Below, in pieces: positions 1-9,373 of a stretch of 52,311 bases of DNA. The number at the start of each line of letters is the position of its first letter. Within the stretch, counting starts at the first letter, position 1. The notes under the pieces are model-generated. The model had not been told where the DNA came from, searched no databases, and saw only the letters and a program-made list of their open reading frames with translations. The stretch spans positions 1 through 52,311 of the forward strand of contig JAZRZU010000071.1 in assembly GCA_045601465.1 (NCBI GenBank), in the 5' to 3' direction. The stretch is from Acutalibacteraceae bacterium. Lineage in GTDB: Bacteria > Bacillota > Clostridia > Oscillospirales > Acutalibacteraceae. Both the position numbers and the translations under genes were made by a program.

Positions 1-481
1 TCGGCACAAGGAACGACAACCCCAGCAGCAACGCATACAAGACAATCAGCAAGCATGAGAGGGGGATTTTGAATTTCACACGAACAATGGCAAGCGCCAA
101 AAACACGCCCACACCAACAGCCACCGTTAAAATGAGCGTCAGATTCGGCACCGACGGTACCTGCTGGGCCAGCACCTGCAAATCGGGCTCCGAAACGGTG
201 ATCATCACACCCATTACAAATCCGATCAACAACACCAATATCAATCGTTTGCTTTTGGTCAGTTGAACACCGATGCCCTCACCGATGGGGGTCATAAACA
301 TTTCAGCGCCCAGTTGGAACAAGCCCATACCAAAAATCAACATTGCCGCACCGGTCAGGAACATAACCAACATTCCCAATTCCAACGGCACAAGCAACAC
401 ACCGATAAGCAACATAATGCCGGTGATGGGCAACACCGCATAAACGGACTCTAATAATTTTTCTCGTAATTTGGGGTTCAT
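1..481 (-). CDS. Multi-pass membrane protein, DUF1538-like; N-terminal part only, the CDS runs off the left edge
   Basis: ATG at 481 (minus) follows AAAGGTGGTGAGGGC. The frame stays open to position 2 and reads MNPKLREKLLESVYAVLPITGIMLLIGVLL...SEPDLQVLAQQVP..., which is strongly hydrophobic. It is missing from the ORF track because no stop lies in the window. The plus-strand ORFs at 69-454 are antisense shadows of it. Confidence 0.6.
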   Translation of the reverse strand, partial: MNPKLREKLLESVYAVLPITGIMLLIGVLLVPLELGMLVMFLTGAAMLIFGMGLFQLGAEMFMTPIGEGIGVQLTKSKRLILVLLIGFVMGVMITVSEPDLQVLAQQVPSVPNLTLILTVAVGVGVFLALAIVRVKFKIPLSCLLIVLYALLLGLSFLVP

Positions 482-583
482 GCCCTCACCACCTTTCACA
501 TCAATCATCGGTATTGTACCAAACAAAACCACCTGCGTCAACGGCTTTGCGTAACACTTATGCATAAAAATCACCGCCGCCTC

Positions 584-612
584 TTGATTATTACGATTAT
601 ATTCGTTATACT
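584..612 (+). promoter_or_regulatory. Sigma-A type promoter upstream of alr
   Basis: TTGATT (584-589), a 17 nt spacer, then TATACT (607-612), about 40 nt upstream of the alr start. Confidence 0.4.
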
Positions 613-650
613 GGAACTGTATGTTTGAACGACAAAAGGAGGAGACTTGC

Positions 651-1820
651 ATGACGGATATCTTACGCCGCACTTGGGCGGAAATTGATTTAGATGCCAT
701 ACGGCAGAATTACAAAACCGTACGCCGGCAACTCTCGCCCGGTTGTCGTTGTATGGCAGTGGTGAAAGCCGAGGCATATGGTCACGGTGCCGTTCCGGTT
801 GCCACCACTCTTTCAGCTGCCGGCGTGGATTGGTTTGGCGTTTCCAACTTGGAAGAAGCTTTGCATCTGCGTAATCACGGGGTTACAAATCCCATTTTGA
901 TTTTTTCCTATACACCACCGTCAGAGGCAGCACAGCTTGCCAAATATCATATCACCCAGGCTGTCATCAGCCACGACTATGCCGAGCGTTTGGAAGCTGC
1001 GGCAGCCGCCGCAGGGGTGACCATCAATGTTCACATTAAATTGGACACCGGCATGTCCCGTGTCGGCTTTCTCTGTCAAGACAGCAAAATGGCTCCCTTG
1101 GATGCCATCGCAACAGCCTGTGCAATGCCTCACCTGAACGCCGAAGGGATCTTTACGCATTTTGCCACCGCTGACGATTCGGAATGTGATACCGTCACCC
1201 ATCGCCAGTTTTCGCTTTTCACCGATATGTTGGCGCAGTTGCAGGACCGTGGCATCACCTTTTCGATTCGCCATTGTTGCAACAGCGCAGCCGCTTTGCG
1301 GTTCCCCGAAATGCACCTGGATATGGTGCGTGCCGGCATCGTGTTATACGGAGCGGCGCCGTCTGCCGAGCTCAAAGACCGCACACCGCCCCATGCCGCC
1401 ATGTCGCTCAAAACGGTGGTGTCGCAGGTAAAGACGGTGCCAACCGGCACCTATATCAGTTACGGGCACACGTACCGTACCACCCGCACTACCGTTCTCG
1501 CTACACTGCCCATCGGCTATGCTGACGGATTGGTGCGTGCCGCTTACGGTTCGTTCAAAGTATCGGTCAACGGACAGTTAGCCCCGCTGGTCGGGAGGGT
1601 GTGTATGGACCAGTGCATGATCGACGTAACCGACATCCCGAACGTCGAGGAAGGTACAACCGTTACCATCTTCGGTGCCGACGGCGTATCGGTAGAAGAT
1701 TATGCCGCCGGTTGTGATACCATTCCGTATGAATCGCTGTGCTTGGTCAGCAAACGGGTGTCCCGTTTATTCTATGAACACGGTAAAATCGTGAAAACCT
1801 ACCACTCGTTGAGCCTATAA
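651..1820 (+). CDS. alr: Alanine racemase
   Basis: The ORF is 621-1820. The internal ATG at 651 follows AAAGGAGGAG. It has the PLP-lysine motif AVVKAEAYGHG and a conserved C-terminal barrel region (VCMDQCMIDV). Confidence 0.9.
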   Translation: MTDILRRTWAEIDLDAIRQNYKTVRRQLSPGCRCMAVVKAEAYGHGAVPVATTLSAAGVDWFGVSNLEEALHLRNHGVTNPILIFSYTPPSEAAQLAKYHITQAVISHDYAERLEAAAAAAGVTINVHIKLDTGMSRVGFLCQDSKMAPLDAIATACAMPHLNAEGIFTHFATADDSECDTVTHRQFSLFTDMLAQLQDRGITFSIRHCCNSAAALRFPEMHLDMVRAGIVLYGAAPSAELKDRTPPHAAMSLKTVVSQVKTVPTGTYISYGHTYRTTRTTVLATLPIGYADGLVRAAYGSFKVSVNGQLAPLVGRVCMDQCMIDVTDIPNVEEGTTVTIFGADGVSVEDYAAGCDTIPYESLCLVSKRVSRLFYEHGKIVKTYHSLSL

Positions 1821-1843
1821 ATTCCGAAAAAGGAGGTATTCCC

Positions 1844-2728
1844 GTGCCGGACTATATCCCAACTGTCATGCGCCGTGACATCGTGGTTGATTCGATCGTG
1901 ACGGTCCACTACTTTGAACATGCGAAAAACTATGTTTATGAAGGCGAAAAACACGATTTTTGGGAGCTGGTCTATGTCGACAAAGGCCGCTTAGAGGTCG
2001 TGGCAGATGACCAGGGTTATGAACTGCAACAAGGACAGGTCATTTTTCACAAGCCGAACGAGTTTCATAACCTGTATGCCGACGGTACGGTTGCGCCCAA
2101 CGTTGTCATTCTCTCATTTGTGAGCCATTCTCCCGCCATGGCGGAGTTTGAAAACAAGATCACACCCATCACGGCTCGGCAACGGGAATTGCTTGCCCGC
2201 ATCATTGAAGAAGGCCGTCGTGCATTCAGCGGCCCGCTGGGCGACCCCTACACCGTCCAAATGGTACGTGATCCCGAAGCCCCGTTCGGAAGCGAGCAAC
2301 TGATTGTTTTGTATCTGGAAACGCTGTTGATCGACATGATTCGCAACGAAACGCCCGCAGACGAGCGTCCCAAACCGTCCTCGTCCATTAAAACACGGTC
2401 GAATAACGACTTGGTCAACCGTATCATCCATCACATGGAAACACATTTGAGTGACAATCTTTCCTTCTCGTCGATCTGTCATTTTTCGGCGCAGAGTGCC
2501 ACCAACCTCAAAATGATCTTCAAATCGGTGACAGGACAAGGTGTCATGGAATACTACCGCCATTTAAAGATCGAACAAGCAAAAATCTTGCTGCGTGAAA
2601 GCAACGGAAATATTACCCAGATCGCCGATGCGCTCGGCTATACGTCGGTACAATATTTTTCCCGCCACTTCAAGCAAGCGACCGGTATGACCCCACGGGA
2701 ATATACCCTGTCGATTCATGCAAATTGA
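1844..2728 (+). CDS. AraC family transcriptional regulator (cupin N-terminus plus AraC HTH)
   Basis: GTG start follows AAAAGGAGG. The C-terminus has the typical AraC double HTH (IADALGYTSVQYFSRHFKQATGMTPREY). Confidence 0.85.
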   Translation: MPDYIPTVMRRDIVVDSIVTVHYFEHAKNYVYEGEKHDFWELVYVDKGRLEVVADDQGYELQQGQVIFHKPNEFHNLYADGTVAPNVVILSFVSHSPAMAEFENKITPITARQRELLARIIEEGRRAFSGPLGDPYTVQMVRDPEAPFGSEQLIVLYLETLLIDMIRNETPADERPKPSSSIKTRSNNDLVNRIIHHMETHLSDNLSFSSICHFSAQSATNLKMIFKSVTGQGVMEYYRHLKIEQAKILLRESNGNITQIADALGYTSVQYFSRHFKQATGMTPREYTLSIHAN

Positions 2729-2738
2729 GTAATTACTA

Positions 2739-2775
2739 TCCCTCCTACACATACTGGTGTGGGAGGGATTTTTTT
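2739..2775 (+). terminator. Hairpin plus T-run after the AraC gene; its 3' arm contains the ldh RBS
   Basis: TCCCTCCTACAC...GTGTGGGAGGGA stem followed by TTTTTTT. Confidence 0.5.
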
Positions 2776-3727
2776 GTATCGAGATAACCGTAAAATTGTA
2801 TTGGTCGGCACGGGTATGGTGGGCATGAGTTATGCGTATGCGCTGCTCAACCAAGGCGTGTGCGACGAACTGGTACTCATTGATAAAAATCGAGAACGGG
2901 CAGAAGGCGAAGCCATGGACCTAAACCACGGGCTGGCATTTGCGCCTACCCCCATGAAAATCTATGCCGGCAACTACGACGCCTGCCAAAATGCGGATAT
3001 TGTGGTCATCTGCGCCGGTGTTGCGCAACAGCCGGGAGAATCCCGGCTGGATCTGTTGCAGCGAAATGCCGACGTATTTGAATCCATTATCGGTCGGGTG
3101 GTGCATACCGGCTTCAACGGCATCTTTTTAGTCGCTACCAACCCGGTGGATATCATGACCCGCATCACCTGCACCCTGTCGGGATTTAACCCTCGCCGTG
3201 TGGTGGGAAGCGGCACCGTGTTGGACACCGCTAGGCTACGCTATCTGCTGGGTGATCTGCTGGTGGTCGATCCCCGTAACGTGCATGCCTACGTCATCGG
3301 TGAACACGGCGACAGCGAATTTGTCCCCTGGTCATGCGCTACGATTGCCACCCGCCCCTTATCCGACATCTGCGCTGAACCGCCGCACGGGTATTGCTCC
3401 TGGGATCAGCTGCACACGGTCGAGCATGAGGTACGCAGCGCCGCCCAAAAAATCATCAGCGCCAAAAATGCCACCTATTATGGCATCGGCATGTCGTTGG
3501 CCCGCATCACCAAAGCCATCCTGGGGGACGAAAACAGCGTGCTGACCGTTTCCACCAAACTGCTCGGTGAATACGGCGAGCAGGACGTGTTTGTCGGTGT
3601 ACCCTGTATCGTATGCCGAAACGGCGTGCGTCGTATCCATCAAATGGATCTGAATGAAGACGAGCAAGCGCTATTCCCCCCTTCTTGCAATACGCTTCGC
3701 CCTTCGTACGATGAACTGACGTTATAA
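2774..3727 (+). CDS. ldh: L-lactate dehydrogenase
   Basis: The ORF is 2759-3727. The likely start is TTG at 2774, after GGGAGGG. It has the Rossmann motif KIVLVGTGMVGMSYAY and the catalytic region IGEHGDSE. Confidence 0.88.
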   Translation: MYRDNRKIVLVGTGMVGMSYAYALLNQGVCDELVLIDKNRERAEGEAMDLNHGLAFAPTPMKIYAGNYDACQNADIVVICAGVAQQPGESRLDLLQRNADVFESIIGRVVHTGFNGIFLVATNPVDIMTRITCTLSGFNPRRVVGSGTVLDTARLRYLLGDLLVVDPRNVHAYVIGEHGDSEFVPWSCATIATRPLSDICAEPPHGYCSWDQLHTVEHEVRSAAQKIISAKNATYYGIGMSLARITKAILGDENSVLTVSTKLLGEYGEQDVFVGVPCIVCRNGVRRIHQMDLNEDEQALFPPSCNTLRPSYDELTL

Positions 3728-3733
3728 AGTAAA

Positions 3734-3766
3734 AGTCCCCGACGGTATAAAATACCGTCGGGGACT
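3734..3766. terminator. Bidirectional rho-independent terminator between convergent genes
   Basis: Perfect 15 bp stem AGTCCCCGACGGTAT / ATACCGTCGGGGACT flanked by A and T runs. Confidence 0.7.
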
Positions 3767-3770
3767 GCGG

Positions 3771-3989
3771 TTATATAACCGAAAAACCCGCCTGTTCAAG
3801 CGCTTTCGTCATGGCGGAAACGGTGGTTTTTTCCGGATAAAACGACACCGCCGCTATCGCATTGCGTCGATTCACCGACACCGTCCGTACACCGTCTACA
3901 CGCTTTAATGCCTGTGCCGCCGCACGTTGTGTCGCCAGATCCTGTACACCTGACAGCTGCATGGTAATGGATTCCGCTTTCGAAAACAT
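3771..3989 (-). CDS. Small HMA (heavy-metal-associated) fold-like protein lacking the CxxC metal site
   Basis: 72 aa. A beta-alpha-beta-beta-alpha-beta pattern fits the sequence (VDGVRTVSVN...AAVSF...TKALEQAGFSV), but SGVQDLA sits where GMTCxxC is expected. It is the last gene of the cysE-cysS operon. Confidence 0.5.
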   Translation of the reverse strand: MFSKAESITMQLSGVQDLATQRAAAQALKRVDGVRTVSVNRRNAIAAVSFYPEKTTVSAMTKALEQAGFSVI

Positions 3990-3999
3990 ATCCTATCCC

Positions 4000-4530
4000 C
4001 TAGTACTCGGTTTCGGTATAGGCCGCCTCATCATACGCAACAAGACGGGTACCGGTTCCGGTAATGATCAGGCACACCATAGCAACCGCTAACATTACAC
4101 AAAGCAATCCCGCTACCATCCGTTTCCCGGCGCTTGCCCGACGCAACTGCGTTGCTACGACGACACACCGTACAAAACAGGCGATCGCCGCCCCGTCGAG
4201 TACCAGCATTTGGGCATTCGCTGCGGCATATCCGGCGGCATCAAACGCACCGGACAAACCACCGAATGACAAAAACAATACCAGAAACGCTGTCAGCAGC
4301 GCACTACCCAGCACCGATAAAAACCAAGCATCCGCCAAAACTGCTTTGCGCAGCGAAAGTCCCACGCCGAGCAACCCTGCGCCGGCAAATAGTACGATCC
4401 GCTGTGCCTGGAAATAGGATACATCAATCGTGTCAATTTTATTCATTCCACGATAATACACGGCAATAAAAATCAAAAACAAAACGGTCAGCGCCGCATA
4501 TCCCCATACCTGTATAAACCGTTTTCTCAT
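4000..4530 (-). CDS. Hypothetical integral membrane protein
   Basis: The ORF is 4000-4542. The ATG at 4530 forms an ATGA overlap with the cysS stop. About 5 hydrophobic helices and no recognisable family. Confidence 0.55.
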   Translation of the reverse strand: MRKRFIQVWGYAALTVLFLIFIAVYYRGMNKIDTIDVSYFQAQRIVLFAGAGLLGVGLSLRKAVLADAWFLSVLGSALLTAFLVLFLSFGGLSGAFDAAGYAAANAQMLVLDGAAIACFVRCVVVATQLRRASAGKRMVAGLLCVMLAVAMVCLIITGTGTRLVAYDEAAYTETEY

Positions 4531-5921
4531 ACACGATGCCACTTCATGCCTTGCGGCGTATCTTCCACCACAATGCCCATCGCCTTCAACTCGTCACGAA
4601 TACGATCGGATTCCGCCCAGTTTTTCTCGGCACGTGCCACCCGCCGTTTTTCCACCAACGCCTCGATTTCAGCCGTATCGCCATCCTCTTGACGAGCATA
4701 CAAAAGTCCCAGCACGTCGGTCAACTCTCGAAACAAGGACAACGCTACCTCACAAGAACCCTTGGTCGGCTGACCGCCGGCAATCATCAGGTTGCAGTCT
4801 TTTACCAACTCAAACACCGCCGAAATGCCGTCGGCTGTATTCAGGTCATCGTCCATTGCTTCAATAAACTGTGCCCGACGCTTGTCGCAAAATGCCAAAA
4901 CGGTGGCATCCGCCTCGCCCTCGGGCGCATTTTGCAAAGCAAATTCTAAGCCGTTGCGGCAATTATACAACCGTTCCAACGCCGCCTTTGCCGACTCAAT
5001 GCTCTCATTATTGTAGTTGATCGGGCTGCGATAGGACGAAGAAATGAGGAAAAACCGAATGGGTTCATATCCGAATTTTTCCGCCACATCCCGCACGGTG
5101 AAGAAATTACCGAGTGATTTGGACATTTTTTTGTTGTCCACGTTGATATACCCGTTGTGCATCCAATACCGTGCAAACGGCGCATCATTGCAGCACTCAC
5201 TCTGCGCAACCTCATTTTCGTGGTGCGGGAAGATTAAATCCTGACCGCCGCAATGAATGTCGATGGACTCACCAAGATAGCGCCGAGCCATCGCCGAACA
5301 CTCGATATGCCAGCCGGGACGACCGTCACTCCACGGCGATTCCCAAAACGGCTCGCCGGGTTTTGCTGCTTTCCACAACGCAAAATCCAAAGCATCCTCT
5401 TTTTCCTCGCCGATACCGATGCGTGCGCCCGATTCCAGATCATCGATGGGCTGATGGGACAGCTTACCGTACGATGCATCTTTACGGGTACGGAAATACA
5501 CGTCCCCGTTTGCCGCTTTATAGGCATATCCCTTTTCTTCCAATTTACGGATAATATCCAAAATCTCATTCATGTTTTCGGTCGCACGAGGATGTACCGT
5601 CGCCTGGCGCACACCGAGTCCTTTGGCATCGGTCCAGAATTCCTCAATATACCGTTCGGCAATCACGTCATACGTTACGTTTTCCTCATTCGCACGACGA
5701 ATGATCTTGTCGTCAATGTCGGTGAAATTCTGCACAAATTTCACCGTGTACCCCCGCCATTCCAAATAACGGCGCAGCACGTCGAATACACACAACGGAC
5801 GAGCGTTACCGATATGAATATAGTTATACACCGTCGGACCGCACGCATAAATGCGCACTACGTTCGGCTCGATCGTCACGAGTTCTTGTTTCTCACGGGC
5901 CATGGTATTGTAAATTTTCAT
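4527..5921 (-). CDS. cysS: Cysteine--tRNA ligase
   Basis: 464 aa with the class I signatures HIGNARP and KMSKSLGN. The start overlaps the cysE stop. Confidence 0.95.
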   Translation of the reverse strand: MKIYNTMAREKQELVTIEPNVVRIYACGPTVYNYIHIGNARPLCVFDVLRRYLEWRGYTVKFVQNFTDIDDKIIRRANEENVTYDVIAERYIEEFWTDAKGLGVRQATVHPRATENMNEILDIIRKLEEKGYAYKAANGDVYFRTRKDASYGKLSHQPIDDLESGARIGIGEEKEDALDFALWKAAKPGEPFWESPWSDGRPGWHIECSAMARRYLGESIDIHCGGQDLIFPHHENEVAQSECCNDAPFARYWMHNGYINVDNKKMSKSLGNFFTVRDVAEKFGYEPIRFFLISSSYRSPINYNNESIESAKAALERLYNCRNGLEFALQNAPEGEADATVLAFCDKRRAQFIEAMDDDLNTADGISAVFELVKDCNLMIAGGQPTKGSCEVALSLFRELTDVLGLLYARQEDGDTAEIEALVEKRRVARAEKNWAESDRIRDELKAMGIVVEDTPQGMKWHRV

Positions 5922-6553
5922 CTGTCTGTTCCCTCCGTTTTGATTGCCGTTAACGCATCAATGCGTTGCTCTAACCGCTGAATTTCTTGTGCAACCGGGT
6001 CCGGAATATGGACCTGGTCAAGCGGCGCTACCTTTTCGCCTTTGCGCCGTACCACCCGTGCCGGCACACCCACCGCCGTGGATTCCGACGGAATATCCTG
6101 CAACACCACCGCACCGGCGGCAATACGTGCTCCGTCGCCGATTTCAATGGGACCCAGCACCTTGGCACCGGCGCCCACCATCACCTGATTACCGAGTGTG
6201 GGATGCCGTTTCCCTTTTTCCTTACCGGTACCGCCGAGCGTAACCCCTTGGTAGATGGTACAATCATCGCCGATGATGGTCGTCTCACCGATCACCACCC
6301 CCGTACCATGGTCGATAAACAACCGCCGCCCGATAGTAGCCGCCGGGTGGATCTCAATACCGGTACGCCACAAGGCGTGTTGCGAAATAAACCGAGCCAA
6401 AAACTTAAAGCCGTGATGATAACACCAATACGCACGCCGATGCGCTCGCACGGCTTTGAGCCCGTTATACAACAATAATATCTCCAACGTTGAACGAGCC
6501 GCCGGGTCTTTCTCCCGCACCACCGCAATATCCTCTTTCAGCCGACTAAACAT
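5918..6553 (-). CDS. cysE: Serine O-acetyltransferase
   Basis: The ORF extends to 6637, but the ATG at 6553 follows TAGGAGGAAC and gives the typical MFSRLKEDIAVVREKDPAA N-terminus. The C-terminal half has hexapeptide repeats. Confidence 0.9.
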   Translation of the reverse strand: MFSRLKEDIAVVREKDPAARSTLEILLLYNGLKAVRAHRRAYWCYHHGFKFLARFISQHALWRTGIEIHPAATIGRRLFIDHGTGVVIGETTIIGDDCTIYQGVTLGGTGKEKGKRHPTLGNQVMVGAGAKVLGPIEIGDGARIAAGAVVLQDIPSESTAVGVPARVVRRKGEKVAPLDQVHIPDPVAQEIQRLEQRIDALTAIKTEGTDR

Positions 6554-6555
6554 AG

Positions 6556-6800
6556 CGTTCCTCCTAACAAAAAACACCCTCATCGCAATCACTGCGACGA
6601 AGGTGCTATGCACGGTTCCACTTCGTATTTCACTCAAAACCCGATAACGGCGGTTACCCGAGCAAGGATACTGACAACTGCGTTCCCCTTGCCGCTCGTG
6701 GGTGCATTTCGCCGCTTGTTCGCCTGAGAATGCTTCCAGCCGCCGACATTCTCTCTCTGTTACGAAACGATACGGGTACTTCTCCCACTCAACGCTTTAC
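6556..6800 (-). promoter_or_regulatory. T-box leader (probably Cys-specific) controlling cysE-cysS
   Basis: On the minus strand: the T-box motif AAGTGGAACCGTG (6611-6623), a terminator CACCTTCGTCGCA...TGCGATGAGGGTG plus TTTTTT (6569-6605), AGAGAGA and GA motifs in stem I, and a candidate specifier GAAA-UGC-A (UGC at 6704-6706). Confidence 0.75.
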
Positions 6801-6835
6801 TGTTATTATAGCAGAAAATCCCAAAAAGTCTACCC

Positions 6836-7426
6836 TTATTTTTCACCGGCAAAATAATGGCGATTGCCCCACACGTATTCCACACCGGAAAGGGCAGTCA
6901 ACACCACCGATACCCAAATAAGCACCTGACCGACCACCAACGGTACCGTAAACACCGCCGACGGCAGATCAAGTCCCGCAAGTAGACCCGTCTGCCAAGA
7001 CGAGACCTCCAAGGCGAGCAACGTATAAATAATCGCAATGAACTGCGCCACCGTTTTGGTTTTTCCCCAAAGGTTAGCAGCAATCACCGTTCCGTCCTTT
7101 GCGGCAAGCAACCGTACGGAGGTGACCATGAATTCCCGTGTTAAAACGATCATCAGCGCCCACACGTCCATTTGACCGGTCACCAAAAACACCAAAAAAG
7201 CAGCGGTTGTGAGCATCTTGTCCGCTAAGGGGTCTAAGAATTTACCCAAATTGGTAATCAGTCCTCTTGAACGGGCAATTTTGCCGTCCATCATATCGGT
7301 CAGCGCCGCTGCGACAAACACAACAAGTGCCGCCGCATAGTGAAACGGAAACTCCCATACCGCCAACAATAAAAACAGCGGCGACAAAATAATGCGCAGA
7401 ATGGTCAATTTATTCGGTAAATTCAT
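6836..7426 (-). CDS. pgsA: CDP-diacylglycerol--glycerol-3-phosphate 3-phosphatidyltransferase
   Basis: CDP-alcohol phosphatidyltransferase motif DMMDGKIAR...GKFLDPLADK. The start overlaps the rimO stop. Confidence 0.9.
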   Translation of the reverse strand: MNLPNKLTILRIILSPLFLLLAVWEFPFHYAAALVVFVAAALTDMMDGKIARSRGLITNLGKFLDPLADKMLTTAAFLVFLVTGQMDVWALMIVLTREFMVTSVRLLAAKDGTVIAANLWGKTKTVAQFIAIIYTLLALEVSSWQTGLLAGLDLPSAVFTVPLVVGQVLIWVSVVLTALSGVEYVWGNRHYFAGEK

Positions 7427-8745
7427 ATGCGTTCACCCACCAAATCCCAATCCATATAATCGGTGATCTGTACCTGTACCAGATCACCGGGCACAACACG
7501 CTCACGTGTCGTAAAAAACACTTTTCCGTCGATATCCGGCGCATCACCGTAGGTGCGTCCAAACCAACATTCCGCATAGCGGTCAAACGATTCCACCAAC
7601 ACCTCGACGGTTTTCCCGATCTGCTGTTCCTGGTAGTCCTGCATGATGCGGTTTTGGAGTTCCATGACAATATCCTGCCGCTTTGCCCGTACCTTTTCCG
7701 GGACCATTGGTGTCATGGTCGCCGCTACCGTTCCCTCTTCTGCCGAGAACGCAAAACAACCAAGCCGTTCGAACCGCACCTCTTTAATAAATTCACACAG
7801 CTGTTCAAAATCCGCTTCGCTCTCAGTAGGGAATCCCGTCATAACGGTGGTACGTAAAACGATTCCCGGCACACGCTGACGAATGTGGGCAATCAAAGCG
7901 GTCAACGATTCCCGATCACCGGGACGGTTCATCGCTTTAAGCACCCGACCCGAAACGTGCTGGATCGGCATATCCAAGTACTTGGCTACCTTCTCTTGCC
8001 GTGCCATCACGTCCAGCAATTCCTCGGTGATGTGTTCGGGATAACAATATAATAACCGAATCCAATGCAATCCGTCAATCTCACACAAACGGTCAAGCAA
8101 CGTCGGCAGCTTGGACACGCCATCGAGTTCTGCACCGTACGAGGTGGGGTCTTGCGCTACCACCACCAACTGCTTGGCGCCGTTTTCCACCAAGGTACGT
8201 GCCTCTTTCAAAACCGCCTCCATATCCCGACTGCGCAATCCGCCCCGAATTTTGGGAATGGCACAATAGGTACAACAATTATTGCACCCATCGCCGATAC
8301 GCAGATACGCAAAAAAGTCGGGCGTCGTTAACAAGCGGTCACCCTCCAACGACCAACAGGACAGATCGGGGAACCGTTTAACGGTATCATCCGCCAACAC
8401 CTGTTGCACGACCTCGACAATATCACCGTTTGCGCCGAGGCCCAGTACCGCATCGCACTCCGGCAGCTCTTGGCACAGTTCCTCTTGATACCGCTGCGCT
8501 AAACAACCGGTCACGATGATTTTTTGAATCTGCCCCTCTTTTTTCAGTTGAGCAAACTCCAATATATTTTCAATCGCTTCACGCTTGGCATCCTCTATGA
8601 AGCCGCAGGTATTCACAATTACCACATCTGCCAGACCACTTTCGGACGTAAGCTCAAACCCGGCATCCCGCAACTTTGCCAGCATCAATTCGGCATCCAT
8701 TTGATTTTTCGGACACCCCAATGATACCATTCCTACTTTACTCAA
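7423..8745 (-). CDS. rimO: Ribosomal protein S12 methylthiotransferase RimO
   Basis: MTTase N-terminus VSLGCPKNQMDAE, radical-SAM CNNCCTYC and a C-terminal TRAM domain. The ORF track start at 8835 would overlap recX. TTG at 8745 (after GGAGG) or ATG at 8730 is more likely. Confidence 0.85.
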   Translation of the reverse strand: MSKVGMVSLGCPKNQMDAELMLAKLRDAGFELTSESGLADVVIVNTCGFIEDAKREAIENILEFAQLKKEGQIQKIIVTGCLAQRYQEELCQELPECDAVLGLGANGDIVEVVQQVLADDTVKRFPDLSCWSLEGDRLLTTPDFFAYLRIGDGCNNCCTYCAIPKIRGGLRSRDMEAVLKEARTLVENGAKQLVVVAQDPTSYGAELDGVSKLPTLLDRLCEIDGLHWIRLLYCYPEHITEELLDVMARQEKVAKYLDMPIQHVSGRVLKAMNRPGDRESLTALIAHIRQRVPGIVLRTTVMTGFPTESEADFEQLCEFIKEVRFERLGCFAFSAEEGTVAATMTPMVPEKVRAKRQDIVMELQNRIMQDYQEQQIGKTVEVLVESFDRYAECWFGRTYGDAPDIDGKVFFTTRERVVPGDLVQVQITDYMDWDLVGERI

Positions 8746-9373
8746 AATCCGTTTCCTCCATCCACCGACGCATGGCACGGCGGATATCCTCGCCGGTAAA
8801 CCCATATCGTGCCATCGCCGCAGCGATTCGGTCAAATTCTTTTGATTCCTTCGGAACAGTATACCGCTTTTTCCTCAAAAATTCAAGTGCTAACTTACCA
8901 TCATCGGCGCAAACATCCCGAACCGCCTGCTCAGCGATGTCACGGTCTATCCCTTTTTGCAGTAACGCTTGCACGACCCTCCGTTTCGGATAAAGGCGTG
9001 TATACGTATATTGCTCTGCCAAACGAGCCGCATAGGCAGCATCGTTAATGTACCCGCACGCTTGCATTTTGGCGGCGGTTTCGGCTGCCAGTTCACGTTT
9101 TTCGGGTTGATACCGTCCTTTTTCACGGCAAAGTTTCTGCTCCAATTCCCGACGGGAAAGATCCCGCTTAGACAACAAATACACCGCCCTGCTGGTCGCA
9201 CGGCGGTGATCGGAAGCGGTTATCAACGCTTCCAGCTGCTCATCCGACAAGGAGGAGTCCTGCCCGTAAGGGGACTCCTCCCACGTCGTCTTATCGATCA
9301 ACACTTTGTTCCCCGTATCCAAGGTCAACTGCATATAGTGCCCTCGGGCGGGACGCACACCCACGATGATCAT
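8738..9373 (-). CDS. recX: RecX family regulator
   Basis: 211 aa helical-repeat protein immediately downstream of recA, with a 4 nt overlap. Position and size are typical of recX. Confidence 0.7.
   Translation of the reverse strand: MIIVGVRPARGHYMQLTLDTGNKVLIDKTTWEESPYGQDSSLSDEQLEALITASDHRRATSRAVYLLSKRDLSRRELEQKLCREKGRYQPEKRELAAETAAKMQACGYINDAAYAARLAEQYTYTRLYPKRRVVQALLQKGIDRDIAEQAVRDVCADDGKLALEFLRKKRYTVPKESKEFDRIAAAMARYGFTGEDIRRAMRRWMEETDFE

Noticed and set aside
69-454. Two plus-strand ORFs (65 and 63 aa) from the ORF track.
   Set aside because: Their composition is odd (T/N/H/Q-rich) and they have no RBS. They lie antisense to a continuous, hydrophobic, RBS-preceded minus-strand CDS that runs off the window edge.
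5918-6637. Maximal ORF-track starts for several genes, including cysE (6637), ispE (18258), rimO (8835), pnp (47183), rpsO (46729), nagA (27203) and the kinase-like gene (28877).
   Set aside because: Internal starts with good RBSs, operon overlaps (ATGA, GTGA) and typical family N-termini fit better. The extensions run into leaders, terminators or neighbouring genes.
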